NCBI GenBank assembly: GCA_030765185.1
Contig: JAVCDE010000024.1
Coordinates: forward strand, 315,538-379,537
Source: Candidatus Aceula meridiana
GTDB taxonomy: Bacteria; Omnitrophota; Gorgyraeia; Zapsychrales; Aceulaceae
Reading direction: 5' to 3'
Length of the DNA stretch: 64,000 bases
A model generated the notes under the pieces. The model saw only the letters and a list, made by a program, of their open reading frames with translations, was not told where the DNA came from and did not search any database. Made by a program: the position numbers and the translations under genes. This document shows, one piece after another, positions 37,326 to 47,606 of the stretch (within the stretch, counting starts at the first letter, position 1; every line of letters starts with the position of its first letter).

Positions 37326-38681
37326 CTATTTTTGGCTTTCAATTAAAATCGGATAAATTTCTTCTAAAGTGGTCATCCCATTTTTGACCTTTTCGATAGC
37401 ATCCATGGCCAACGTCCGTCCTCCGTTTTGAATCACAATTTTCTGAAGCTCGCCTGTTGTAGCTTTACGCAAAATTGCCTCTCTTAATTCCTGGCCAAAG
37501 AACACAATTTCAAAAATAGCAACACGATTTTTATATCCTGTGCCACGACAATTTTCGCATCCCTTTCCTTTGTAAAGAATGATGTCTTGCGGGCCTGCCT
37601 TACTTTTTAAATCGACATAAGAAACTTCTTCTTGTTGGATGTCTTGATGCGGACGCAATAAATTGACATCAAAATGATAATGCAATTTTATTTTTTGCGC
37701 TTGTTCGCTGTTAATATGATGGGCGGTCTTGCAATGTTCACAAATTTGGCGAACAAGCCTTTGAGAGATTGCAGCGCTCAAGGCAAAAGAAACTAAAAAA
37801 TGATCCAGGCCCATATTAGTCAAGCGAATAATAGTCCCAATGGCACTCGTGGCGTGGACAGAACTAAAGACCATGTGGCCTGTGATTGCTGCACGTAAGG
37901 CAACGTCGGCGGTTTCTTTATCGCGAATTTCACCAACGAGAATAATATCAGGGTCTTGCCGAAGAATCGACCTTAATCCCTCTGCAAACCCCATCCCAGA
38001 CTTTGATTCAATATCACACTGATTCATCCCTTCGATACGATATTCGACAGGATCCTCTAACGTAACAATGTTGTTTTCCGGAGTATTAAGATGATTAATA
38101 AGCGCATACAGCGTTGTTGTTTTACCGCTGCCTGTTGGCCCACAAATTAGCATTAGCCCGCTTTTTAAATTTAATGCCTTTTCAAGATTTTTTAAATCAT
38201 AAGGATCGACACCAAGCCTACTAAGTTGGTAAATACTTGCATTTCCTTCTAAGATTCGGATAGCCATTTTTTCTCCGCTTACCGTAGGAAATGTAGAAAG
38301 GCGGAAATCATAACTCGATACCCCGAATTGAGCAGAAAAACGCCCATCCTGAGACTTACGTTTGGCCATAGCGTCTGGCTCCATACCAGCCATAATCTTA
38401 ATGCGCCCGAGAATATTAAGAAAGGAACCTTCTTCAAGATGAAGAACATCCTCAAGAAGCCCATCGATACGATAACGAACTTTTAAATATTTGTTGGAGG
38501 GCTCGATGTGGATATCACTGGCATGCTCTAAAACAGCCTCTTCAAGAATAAGGTTAACGACATTACTACTTAAGTGGGAATGCTCATCCTTTGTCTCGCT
38601 GGCACCTAGATTCCAACGAGATTTCTTTGCCTCAGGAAGTTCTGCCAAAATTGCTTGATATCGTTCCTCTAATCTACTCAT
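37326..38681 (-). CDS. type IV pilus / type II secretion assembly ATPase (GspE/PilB family)
   Basis: Walker A LICGPTGSGKTTTLYA; Asp/His boxes; C-terminal tetracysteine (CEHC...CENCRGTGY). Confidence 0.85.
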   Translation of the reverse strand: MSRLEERYQAILAELPEAKKSRWNLGASETKDEHSHLSSNVVNLILEEAVLEHASDIHIEPSNKYLKVRYRIDGLLEDVLHLEEGSFLNILGRIKIMAGMEPDAMAKRKSQDGRFSAQFGVSSYDFRLSTFPTVSGEKMAIRILEGNASIYQLSRLGVDPYDLKNLEKALNLKSGLMLICGPTGSGKTTTLYALINHLNTPENNIVTLEDPVEYRIEGMNQCDIESKSGMGFAEGLRSILRQDPDIILVGEIRDKETADVALRAAITGHMVFSSVHATSAIGTIIRLTNMGLDHFLVSFALSAAISQRLVRQICEHCKTAHHINSEQAQKIKLHYHFDVNLLRPHQDIQQEEVSYVDLKSKAGPQDIILYKGKGCENCRGTGYKNRVAIFEIVFFGQELREAILRKATTGELQKIVIQNGGRTLAMDAIEKVKNGMTTLEEIYPILIESQK

Positions 38682-38709
38682 ACAGGCACCCTCCGCTTTT
38701 AATAAGAAC

Positions 38710-38976
38710 CTATCTTTCTAATAAAACATCAAACAAATCTTTTTGAAAATATGTTTTTTCATTGTCCTCACCTACACGTAACAAATGTTCGTTGAGCGCG
38801 CGTACAATCTTTCCCTTGATGTTAGCTGTGATGTGTTTTCCATTGCGCGCTTTCTGTACTTGCTTATGCGTTAACTGTTCTCTAGACGCCTTAATCAGAT
38901 CATCATTCTTTAATGAAAGGCTCTCCATAATTTCATTTAAAGGCGATGGTTGATTACTTTTCATGAAGCCTACCAA
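38710..38976 (-). CDS. hypothetical small protein
   Basis: 88 aa between pilB-like and PilZ genes; no motif recognised. Confidence 0.3.
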   Translation of the reverse strand: MVGFMKSNQPSPLNEIMESLSLKNDDLIKASREQLTHKQVQKARNGKHITANIKGKIVRALNEHLLRVGEDNEKTYFQKDLFDVLLER

Positions 38977-39422
38977 TATAACTTCTTAAACCGCTTAGAA
39001 TACCTCTTAACCCATTTATGGGAAGCTTCTTCGAGTGAGACTTCTTCACCTGCCTGCAGCATCAAGAGGTCGCGGTATTCAGAAATTAGATAAATCTGCT
39101 CAATCATTTTAACTTTAAATGCTTCACGCAACCTGAAGAAGCTTACCGCAATATCAAAAATATTTGTCTCAGCATTACGCACACACCGCACGACCTTGGC
39201 CTGAACATTAAACAATTTATCTTCAAAAGGCATCTTAATCAAAATAACAGAATCGATGTCTACAGGATTCTTCCCGGAAAACAACAGCCCGCCCAAGCTA
39301 AGATTGTCTGTCTTTGACTGATTTTTTTCTTTAATGATATTACCTTCTGAGTCGATGACCTCATAGGAAAGAGGCAACGATAGCGGATGCCGAATAAATT
39401 GACGTTTTTCTGTTTTACTCAT
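38970..39422 (-). CDS. PilZ-domain protein
   Basis: RQFIRHP (RxxxR) and DNLSLGGLLFSG (D/NxSxxG) c-di-GMP-binding motifs. Confidence 0.6.
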   Translation of the reverse strand: MSKTEKRQFIRHPLSLPLSYEVIDSEGNIIKEKNQSKTDNLSLGGLLFSGKNPVDIDSVILIKMPFEDKLFNVQAKVVRCVRNAETNIFDIAVSFFRLREAFKVKMIEQIYLISEYRDLLMLQAGEEVSLEEASHKWVKRYSKRFKKLYW

Positions 39423-39434
39423 AATCCCTCCTCC

Positions 39435-39860
39435 TTAAAGAAGATGCTGAAACCTTAACAAATCATACTGAGGAACATTATTTCTCATAAAATCTGCTCC
39501 CCAACCTACAAGCTTCCCTTTTTGAAATAAAAGGGGGGTGAGCTCTTGAAACTTAATAGGTTCATATTTCCCGCCCATTCTATCATCTCTCGTACTCGTA
39601 AAATAATAAACGACCTCAAAGGTTTGACGACCGACATCGATGACTTCAATCTTATGAGGATTATCAACAGATTGGTAGTCGTCAAGGTATCCGCCTTTTT
39701 TGGTCTCAGTTCCCATGATGCTAAGGACTTCTTGTTTGCTCATGCCGACTGAAAGCATTTTTAAATTGGTTTCATTCTCAAGAGCTGTTTTTTTGTATAC
39801 GCTTATAACAGAACATCCCGCTAGCGCTAAGCACATTAAGACGATTAATATTCTCTTCAA
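39435..39860 (-). CDS. hypothetical lipoprotein
   Basis: signal peptide with lipobox LALAGCSV; 141 aa. Confidence 0.4.
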   Translation of the reverse strand: MKRILIVLMCLALAGCSVISVYKKTALENETNLKMLSVGMSKQEVLSIMGTETKKGGYLDDYQSVDNPHKIEVIDVGRQTFEVVYYFTSTRDDRMGGKYEPIKFQELTPLLFQKGKLVGWGADFMRNNVPQYDLLRFQHLL

Positions 39861-39903
39861 ATTTTCCTCCTATTGTTCACTTATAAACGGAACTCGTCAA
39901 CCT

Positions 39904-41082
39904 CTACAAATATTTCTTATATAAATTTAACGTTGTCTGAGCAACATCCCTTTTTGTATACGAGACCTCTACCATCTTACGTCCTGTTTCTCCCAATCGT
40001 TCCCGAAGGTCTTTGTCTGCCATCACCTGAATAATCCTTGATGCTAACTCTTCAGAATCTTTTACAGGAATCACAAACCCATTAATGCCATCAGAAATGA
40101 TCTCCGGCATTCCTCCCGTTTTTGTCACAATCATCGGGCGAGAACATGCCATGGCCTCCAGCATAGTTAACCCAAATGGCTCGAAACTCGATGATGGATA
40201 AACACAAGCCTGTGAAAGTTTATAAAGGGCCGGCATGTCCGTTAAATCATAAGAATCAATAAGAACATTCTCTCTTAGGCCAAATTTCTCAACAAGCTGA
40301 ACCATATAAGCAATATCTTTTTGCTGCGTGTCTCCCCAATCAATAATATTTTTTGTTCCAGCCAGGACAAGCATAACATTCGGATATTTCCTTTTAACAG
40401 TGCGCAAAGCCTTTATACTGACATCACATCCTTTAGCAAGTCCCATACGCGCCGGATGAAAAATAATTCTTTTTCCTTTTAGCTGAGGATATTTCTTAAG
40501 AATTTTGCTCGTGTTAGCCTTAGGGCTAAATACCTCCTCATCAACTCCGTGATGAATTGTTGTCACGAGGTTGTGGTCGCATCCAATCCCATTTAGTTCT
40601 TTTGCGATAAAATGACTGACCGCAATGATATGACTCCACTGTATTGTAGAAGTCAGTTCTAAGAACTGAACATCATCCCACGCATTATGCGCCGTCAAAA
40701 AAAGAGGAATGCCATGCTTGAGAGCTAATCTCTCCAGCGCCTTAATGTGCGCTTTGCTAAAATAATTCATGTTGTGCACATGAAGAACATCCGGTTTATT
40801 TTTATCAATAAACTTCTTAAAAACCCTTGAAACTTCTACTTGAATTCCTTCTAAACCTCTTCTGTATAGCCAGTTTAAATCCATGATAGGATTTCGGGTG
40901 ATTTTGACACCCTTATAAACTTCTTCCCCGGGATAGCCCTCAAAGCTACACGTTAGCAAACTTGCATTATGCCCCATGTCCACAAAAGTCGGCAACAAAA
41001 TCGTCAAATGAGTCTCAACGCCACCGATAACAGGAGGAAATCCCCAGTGCAAATGTGCAATATTTAATTTCTTTTTTGGCAT
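39904..41082 (-). CDS. glycosyltransferase family 4
   Basis: GT-B fold; C-terminal EPFGLTMLEAMACSRPMIVTKTGGMPEII motif. Confidence 0.8.
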   Translation of the reverse strand: MPKKKLNIAHLHWGFPPVIGGVETHLTILLPTFVDMGHNASLLTCSFEGYPGEEVYKGVKITRNPIMDLNWLYRRGLEGIQVEVSRVFKKFIDKNKPDVLHVHNMNYFSKAHIKALERLALKHGIPLFLTAHNAWDDVQFLELTSTIQWSHIIAVSHFIAKELNGIGCDHNLVTTIHHGVDEEVFSPKANTSKILKKYPQLKGKRIIFHPARMGLAKGCDVSIKALRTVKRKYPNVMLVLAGTKNIIDWGDTQQKDIAYMVQLVEKFGLRENVLIDSYDLTDMPALYKLSQACVYPSSSFEPFGLTMLEAMACSRPMIVTKTGGMPEIISDGINGFVIPVKDSEELASRIIQVMADKDLRERLGETGRKMVEVSYTKRDVAQTTLNLYKKYL

Positions 41083-41101
41083 AATAAACGCATCCCTTTC
41101 T

Positions 41102-43426
41102 TTAAAGATAATAATGCTTTTGTTGCCCTGCTTTTGGCCGGGTAAAAATATGTTCTTTGCCTTTTCCGATTAAACGAACGCGGCCGAAAACTTCTATTTT
41201 TATTTTTGTCCTCGACTTACCTTCTACCCGAATACGGACTTCATTGTTTTTAACCTCAAGTCGCAAAATATAATTCTGCCACGAGAGAGAACAACCAATT
41301 TTACCCCAAGTTTTTGGCATAAAAGGGTCAACGCACAAATGAGTTTTTTTATAGTAAACGCCAGCAAACCCATTAACTACACATTGCCATACGCCTCCTA
41401 AAGAGGCCGCATGAATTCCTTCATCCGTATTGCCATGAAGATTACTAATATCAGCCCTTAAAGCAATATTAAAGAATTGATATGCCTGGCTCAGTGATCC
41501 TGCCTGAAGCGCCATCAAGCAATGAATTGCCGGGCTCAGGGATGATTTATGCAATGTTCTTTTCACATAAAACCAATAATTACTCTCTTTAACCTTATCG
41601 GTATAAACATCCCGGAGCAAATACAACATCATTAAGACATCCGCTTGCTTGACAAACTGAGTCTTATTGTAGTCTTTGACCTTTACTCCTTTAGGCAAAA
41701 GCGGAATGCCGTTTTCATCAAAATTAACGATTTCGATATAACGCTTGCGAAAAAAACCATCAAACTGTTCAATAACGTTGTTCTTGTTTATTTTCACGAC
41801 CAGGCGCGCGGCAATAAATTTCCATAGCGCTACTTCTTTTTCTGTCAGACTCATTCTAGAACACAAAGATGCACCAGCTTTTTTGTCTTTTATTTTAAGT
41901 TGTGTGTATAGCTTATGGGCCGTTAAAAGATTCCATTTCGCCATAACATTGGTAAATGCATTGTTGTTAACATGCTCATGAAATTCATCCGGGCCGATGA
42001 CGTTTCGGATTTCATATTTTCCCTGTTTGTTTTTTGAAACACGACTAGCCCAAAATCTGGCGGCGCTAAAAATCAATTCGTATCCGGCTTTTTTTAAAAA
42101 TTCATTATCGCCTGTAATCAAAGCATACTGATAGCAAGCATAAGCAATATCAACCGTGATATGGTGCTCAAGCTCATTGGTCTTGATTCGGATAATGCGT
42201 CCGTCTAAGTCCTTGGCCCATGTAGGTGTTTCTTCTTCACCGGTTTCGGCAGACTCCCAAGGAAACATCGTACCCTTATACCCCTGTTTTTTAGCAATCT
42301 TACGGGCTGGATCAAGACGCTTATGACGATATAAAAGCATATTTTTTGCTATTTCCGGGAAGACATATGCATAAAACGGCAATAGAAAAATCTCCGCATC
42401 CCAAAAAATATGTCCACGATACCCTTCGCCGCTTAATGTTCGGGCACCAATACTCGACAACCCTGCATCATTGCTGGCGCAAATCAACATATGATAAATA
42501 TTAAATCTGAGATTTTTCTGAATATCGCTCGTCCCGCCGATTGTGACATCCGCGGTTTTCCAAAGGTCGTTCCAGGCATGAGCATGTGATTTTAAGAGGC
42601 TATCAAAATTAACCTTAAAGGCCTTACGAAATTCCCGACGGCTGTCTTCCTTACCCTTTTTAATATTTTCAATTTCTGCGTAAGAAGAAATATTCACGAT
42701 GCGTGTAAAAATAACGGATTGCCTCTTTTTGAGCTTTAGCCTGAGAATGCTGCTATCGGCCAAAGTTTTCTTGCGGCCAATTTTATAATAGAGTCCGCTA
42801 CGGTAGATAATCTTATGCCTTTTCTCCAGCGTTTCTAAAAGCCGATAACTTACGTTTTCTTCATGGTCTGATTCCTGGACATTAAAATGTATTTTGTTGC
42901 CCTCATGCACGCCTCCTTTATTAAACACAGACGTATCAATTCCGGATTGCACTTCAATCTCGACATCACCATCTAAAGGCGTTAAGACAATCTGCATAAC
43001 ACCGATATTCTTATTTTCCATGGAGACAAATCTTAAAGACTGATAATCAAAACGCCTATTCTTGACGTCGCGATATATTGTCCGTCTCAAAAGAAGACCG
43101 TCTTGCATATTCAGCGTTCTTTGATGACTTTCGATATCCATTGCGGCCGCGCCAAACTTTTCACCTTTTAGAATAAATTTGAAAAAGAATGGGTTGGGCA
43201 AATTAACAAGGTCTGATACCTGAGAAGTAAGCCTGTCATAAACGCCGGTAATAAAGGTACCCGGTTCGGCGCCCTGGGGACGCTCTTCTAAAACACCTCT
43301 GGCGCCCCAATAGCCGTTGCCCAAGGCAAACTGAGTTTCGCGGATGCCCTGTAGGTCTTCTTGGAAGCCATTTTCTCTGATGCACCAAAGGTCTTTGAGC
43401 TTATGTTGCGCATAAAAATCTTTCAT
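41102..43426 (-). CDS. glycoside hydrolase family 65 disaccharide phosphorylase
   Basis: 774 aa; central (alpha/alpha)6 domain motif GEGYRGHIFWDAEIF; N-terminal beta-sandwich. Confidence 0.75.
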   Translation of the reverse strand: MKDFYAQHKLKDLWCIRENGFQEDLQGIRETQFALGNGYWGARGVLEERPQGAEPGTFITGVYDRLTSQVSDLVNLPNPFFFKFILKGEKFGAAAMDIESHQRTLNMQDGLLLRRTIYRDVKNRRFDYQSLRFVSMENKNIGVMQIVLTPLDGDVEIEVQSGIDTSVFNKGGVHEGNKIHFNVQESDHEENVSYRLLETLEKRHKIIYRSGLYYKIGRKKTLADSSILRLKLKKRQSVIFTRIVNISSYAEIENIKKGKEDSRREFRKAFKVNFDSLLKSHAHAWNDLWKTADVTIGGTSDIQKNLRFNIYHMLICASNDAGLSSIGARTLSGEGYRGHIFWDAEIFLLPFYAYVFPEIAKNMLLYRHKRLDPARKIAKKQGYKGTMFPWESAETGEEETPTWAKDLDGRIIRIKTNELEHHITVDIAYACYQYALITGDNEFLKKAGYELIFSAARFWASRVSKNKQGKYEIRNVIGPDEFHEHVNNNAFTNVMAKWNLLTAHKLYTQLKIKDKKAGASLCSRMSLTEKEVALWKFIAARLVVKINKNNVIEQFDGFFRKRYIEIVNFDENGIPLLPKGVKVKDYNKTQFVKQADVLMMLYLLRDVYTDKVKESNYWFYVKRTLHKSSLSPAIHCLMALQAGSLSQAYQFFNIALRADISNLHGNTDEGIHAASLGGVWQCVVNGFAGVYYKKTHLCVDPFMPKTWGKIGCSLSWQNYILRLEVKNNEVRIRVEGKSRTKIKIEVFGRVRLIGKGKEHIFTRPKAGQQKHYYL

Positions 43427-43495
43427 CGCAATTCCCTTCTTAAAGCTTATTGTTCAAGCTTATTTTATTAAAGAAATAATTTTTGCTTTGCAAAG

Positions 43496-43882
43496 CTACG
43501 CTGTCCAGCCATAATACGCTAACACCACACCAAAAATAAAAACTGCGCTGGCTTGCACCATAAGGGCAGTTTTGTTTCTTGTGTAAAAGGCAACAAATCT
43601 TTTAAGGTTGCGAGGAAACATAATCAGCCAAATGCCTTTAATAATGCCGCCCCATCCATAGATGGTAATAATCACTCGCCAGCTTAATTCCCACACGTTA
43701 TGATTAAGAACAATAGACAAACCAACAACCAACGCTAAAACTCCACCAAAAAAAACAAGAGCAGCATTTTTACAATAATCTTCTAAAATGCTTTGAAAAA
43801 AATCTCTGTTGAAAAAAAGTCCAACAGAGATGACCAGCATACTTGTCCCCAATAATTTTGCGATAAAAATTGATATAGACAT
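43496..43882 (-). CDS. small 4-TM membrane protein
   Basis: 128 aa; four hydrophobic helices; GGAGGT SD. Confidence 0.4.
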   Translation of the reverse strand: MSISIFIAKLLGTSMLVISVGLFFNRDFFQSILEDYCKNAALVFFGGVLALVVGLSIVLNHNVWELSWRVIITIYGWGGIIKGIWLIMFPRNLKRFVAFYTRNKTALMVQASAVFIFGVVLAYYGWTA

Positions 43883-44045
43883 AAATGACCTCCAGGTTTA
43901 TGGAGCGTTAGCGATCATAAATCTGCAGAGAGAATTTATCCTTCGAGTCCTTGACGAAGGATAAACAACCTCCCTAGATAAGTCCGACGCTAATTCGTCG
44001 GCTGACGAACTTTTCTGCGATTAAAACCTCCGAAACATTCTTATC

Positions 44046-44099
44046 CTATTTCTTCGGTTTTTTCTTTTCTTTTTTTGGCTTATTTTTACCTTTTCCCAT
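44046..44099 (-). CDS. tiny Lys-rich ORF (17 aa, MGKGKNKPKKEKKKPKK)
   Basis: ATG preceded by GGGAGGT at optimal spacing and a TAGTATAAT -10-like element; below ORF-track size cutoff. Confidence 0.3.
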   Translation of the reverse strand: MGKGKNKPKKEKKKPKK

Positions 44100-44204
44100 T
44101 TTTTACCTCCCTGGATGAGCCCCACCCTGGCGGAGCGAATTTGCCCTGACTGATGTAGACCAGGGTTTCTACTATTGTTAGATCACTTGATTATACTAAT
44201 ATCT

Positions 44205-44582
44205 CTATTCCCAGCCTACCGGATCTGAAACGGCCTCTTCGGATTTGCTCTCATCTTTATTGCGTTTCGGCATAAAATGTACATTATTCGCGGTAATTCT
44301 TACGCGGCTCTGGGTCTTGCCGTCTTTTTCCCATCGGTCTTGCCTTAAGCGGCCTTCAACGATGATTCCACTTCCCTTTGAAAGATACTTTGAGCAATTT
44401 TCAGCAACGACACCCCATACCTCAACATCAAAGTAAGACACTTCAGAAACCTTCTCGCTATTTTTTGTATAAATACGATTGTTGGCAATCGAAAGACTGC
44501 AAACAGCTTTTCCTGAAGGTGTGTACTTCATCTCTGGATCTCGTGTTAAATTTCCCATAATGTTTACACTATTTAAACTCAT
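44205..44582 (-). CDS. ssb: single-stranded DNA-binding protein
   Basis: OB-fold N-terminus MSLNSVNIMGNLTRDPE.KYTPSGKAV..SIA; C-terminus DPVGWE is non-canonical (no DDDIPF tip). Confidence 0.75.
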   Translation of the reverse strand: MSLNSVNIMGNLTRDPEMKYTPSGKAVCSLSIANNRIYTKNSEKVSEVSYFDVEVWGVVAENCSKYLSKGSGIIVEGRLRQDRWEKDGKTQSRVRITANNVHFMPKRNKDESKSEEAVSDPVGWE

Positions 44583-44635
44583 CCTTCACTTCCTCTCTAT
44601 TTAGCTTTCAATTTTTATAAAATTTATTCTTAACC

Positions 44636-45064
44636 CTACTCTGCGGTTAAAACTTTCTCGATCTGCGGAAAATATTTCTTGATGACCATCATTTCCTCAG
44701 GAGCTAAACTATTTCCCATTTTTGCGGCCATAGAACCAAACATTCCTCCCATGCCGCCCATATTATTTTGCTCCATCTGTGCTTGAGCAAATCCTGTGGT
44801 AACTTTTTGCATCAGCACAGGAAAATCTTCTATAGAAACCCCGAACCTATCAAGAAGATTTTCTAATTCTTTAGCATATTTAGCAGCCGTCGGGGCAGAT
44901 GGATTAGACTCAATGTCCTGACCATATTTCTCAAGCAAAGTTTTATACTTTGGATAAAGCTGTAAAAAAACTTTAACGCTAGCATCGCTGACTGTCTGAA
45001 AGTCAATGGCAAATGCACAAACACAAACCGAAAGCATTAAAATAGCAATAATGGTTGTTTTCAT
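44636..45064 (-). CDS. secreted Met/Gly-rich protein (possible periplasmic metal-binding)
   Basis: signal peptide; MGGMGGMFGSMAAKMG Met-rich tract; adjacent to ZIP transporter gene. Confidence 0.4.
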   Translation of the reverse strand: MKTTIIAILMLSVCVCAFAIDFQTVSDASVKVFLQLYPKYKTLLEKYGQDIESNPSAPTAAKYAKELENLLDRFGVSIEDFPVLMQKVTTGFAQAQMEQNNMGGMGGMFGSMAAKMGNSLAPEEMMVIKKYFPQIEKVLTAE

Positions 45065-45100
45065 GGTACCTCCCCTAATTGTTTATAAAACTTCCTTAAC

Positions 45101-45814
45101 CTATCCTATCAACCTTTGCCCTAGCATACCGACCATAAAACCCAAACAAGCCCAAAGTGCCGGAATCCAATGCTTCTTCTTGGAAGACTGCGGTGCAATG
45201 TCTTGAAACACCAAATACAAGATCCCGCCAGCGGCAAACATCATAACCGCAGCAACAATTTTAGGATGCCCCTCTAAAAGCGTCTTTCCTAAAAAAACAG
45301 CCGGGATACCAGCCAAACTTAACACAACCATTGTTGTGAATATTTTTGCTTTTTTAATATTAATTCTGCAGCATTCCTTGTAAGCATTAAACCCTTCAGG
45401 AAGGTTTTGTGCTGCGATAAAAAAAGCTAAAAGTATGGCAAGTTTATGTTCTTTGGCAAAAAGGGCGCCTAAAGCAATCGCTTCAGGAATAAAATCCATC
45501 ATCATCGCCAACATCTGTGCGCGAGACCCACCTTTTTGACTTAAATGCTTATCAACCATAGAAAAAACACCAGCCCCTAACAAAAAAGTTGAAAGTATTG
45601 CGAAGGTGTTTAACTTATGCAAACCCGGAGGAACCAAAACTAAGGCAATAGCGGCCACAAGAAGTCCGCCTCCAAAGGCAATAATGCCGCGTAAGACATC
45701 ATCTTTGATTTCACCCTCAGGAAACTTTTCAATACTAGCGATAAAGCCACCAACAAAAATAGCAAACCCGGCTAAAAATGAATAAACTATAAGTTGAATA
45801 ATTTCGCTCATCAT
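45101..45814 (-). CDS. ZIP-family metal cation transporter (ZupT-like)
   Basis: HK...LAFFIAAQNLPEGF signature; 8 TM; 4-nt overlap with alr. Confidence 0.75.
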   Translation of the reverse strand: MMSEIIQLIVYSFLAGFAIFVGGFIASIEKFPEGEIKDDVLRGIIAFGGGLLVAAIALVLVPPGLHKLNTFAILSTFLLGAGVFSMVDKHLSQKGGSRAQMLAMMMDFIPEAIALGALFAKEHKLAILLAFFIAAQNLPEGFNAYKECCRINIKKAKIFTTMVVLSLAGIPAVFLGKTLLEGHPKIVAAVMMFAAGGILYLVFQDIAPQSSKKKHWIPALWACLGFMVGMLGQRLIG

Positions 45815-46938
45815 CCTCTTATCCTCCCTAAACTACACGTAATCTCATAGCTAATTGTTCTCGCTAGCCATGCCAGTTCATCGGCTGTGACTTCTTCGCG
45901 TCCTTGGCGGCCAAGGATACAAACCTCATCGCCGACTTTAATATTTTTTAAACGGCTGACATCCGCCATAATCTGATCCATGGTAACTGTGCCGATAACC
46001 GGGCACCTCTTCCCTTTAATTAAAACAGAAGTCTGATTAGAAAATTTACGAAAATACCCATCATGATAGCCAATAGAAATAGTTGCCACTCGCATCTTTT
46101 TTGATGCCACAAACGTATGTCCATAACTTATGCCACGCCCTTTAGAGATACTTTTAACAAAACACACACGCGCTTTAACACTCATCACAGGCTTTAATTT
46201 AATTCTGTTTTTTATCCTTGGAGACGGATAAAGACCATAAAGCATGAGCCCCGTGCGTGCCAAATTAAAACCTTTATGGCCAAACGCGGCAAAGCCCATA
46301 CTGTTGGCGGCATGGACATATTTAATCGTAAATACTTCCTTTTTAATTTGAGCGACAATACGCTTAATGACGCTAATTTGATACTTAGTAAAATTCTTGT
46401 TGGTATCTGCTACAGGAAAATGCGTGCAAATCCCCTCAATAATAATCCATTCTAAATTCTTAACGGCCTTTATAAAATCTATTGCATGCGCCTGGCAAAC
46501 ACCAAGACGCCCCATGCCGGTATCAATCTTAATATGAACTGCAATTTTCTTTTTCTTCTTAGCGCCGATCCTATCAAGGGCGAGGACTAACTCCAGAGTG
46601 CAGACAACGGGTGTAATATTGTGCTCGACTAAATATTTTGCATTCGTTGGCAATGCGCTCTCAAGCATCAAGATGCGCTTTTTAATTCCTGCTTGGCGCA
46701 AGGCAATGCCTTCGTTAATATCTGAGACACCAAAAAACTCTATCTTCTCCTTGTTGAGTGTGCGGGCAGCTTTTTGGAGACCATGACCATAAGCATCAGC
46801 TTTTACAACAGCCAAGATGCTGGTATCTTTTCCGGCAAAGCGTTTAATGGCTTTAAAATTACTTTTTAAGGCTTTAAGGTCGATATCGACCCAAGCCACA
46901 GGTGGACAATTCTTAATTTTCATCGTCTCACCTGACAA
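45811..46938 (-). CDS. alr: alanine racemase
   Basis: PLP-lysine motif AVVKADAYGHG; 375 aa. Confidence 0.85.
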   Translation of the reverse strand: MSGETMKIKNCPPVAWVDIDLKALKSNFKAIKRFAGKDTSILAVVKADAYGHGLQKAARTLNKEKIEFFGVSDINEGIALRQAGIKKRILMLESALPTNAKYLVEHNITPVVCTLELVLALDRIGAKKKKKIAVHIKIDTGMGRLGVCQAHAIDFIKAVKNLEWIIIEGICTHFPVADTNKNFTKYQISVIKRIVAQIKKEVFTIKYVHAANSMGFAAFGHKGFNLARTGLMLYGLYPSPRIKNRIKLKPVMSVKARVCFVKSISKGRGISYGHTFVASKKMRVATISIGYHDGYFRKFSNQTSVLIKGKRCPVIGTVTMDQIMADVSRLKNIKVGDEVCILGRQGREEVTADELAWLARTISYEITCSLGRIRG

Positions 46939-47606
46939 TCCTGAGGATATAAATACATAGGCTTCACGCCTTGCGTAAGCTCTTTTCTATTTTTAAACTT
47001 TTCTTGCGCTGCCTCAGCTAAAAAACATGCTTGAGGGTTACTGTCTTTTTCTTCTACAAAAAAAACTTTTTTGCGCGTGTCACGGAAATGCTTCTCAATC
47101 TGTTCTTTAAAAAGCACAACACCGTCTCCAACGAAAAGGGTGTCATTTTTAACATCTTTTAAGAAATCTTCAATACTTGTTAAAAGACAATCTGTCTTTG
47201 GTTTTATTTTGCCTTTTACACATGCGTACAACCTACCATAAACCATGTTTCGTTTGGCATCGCAAATAACTGCAATATCGCCATCTGTTTTAGCAGCTTG
47301 CGCCATAGCAATTAAATCCAAACTGCAAGCACCTACAACAGGTTTTTGGCATGCAAAAGCAAAGCCTTTGATAGTAGATATTCCAACGCGCAAACCTGTA
47401 AACGATCCCGGACCAAGGCCCACAGCAAATCCATCAATCTTTGAAAAAGGTGTTTTTGTTTTCTTTAACATGCTATCAACCGCAGGAACAATGGCATCGG
47501 ACAATACTTTGTTTAAGCGAATGTTGCGTGAAGCTACAGTCTTATTATTTTTGACAATACACAAGCTAAATGTCCGACTCGAAGTATCAATACTTAAAAT
47601 ATTCAA
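46920..47606 (-). CDS. tsaB: tRNA threonylcarbamoyladenosine biosynthesis protein TsaB (YeaZ)
   Basis: N-terminal ILSIDTSS... ASKHA-fold; between tsaE and alr. Confidence 0.7.
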   Translation of the reverse strand: MNILSIDTSSRTFSLCIVKNNKTVASRNIRLNKVLSDAIVPAVDSMLKKTKTPFSKIDGFAVGLGPGSFTGLRVGISTIKGFAFACQKPVVGACSLDLIAMAQAAKTDGDIAVICDAKRNMVYGRLYACVKGKIKPKTDCLLTSIEDFLKDVKNDTLFVGDGVVLFKEQIEKHFRDTRKKVFFVEEKDSNPQACFLAEAAQEKFKNRKELTQGVKPMYLYPQDCQVRR

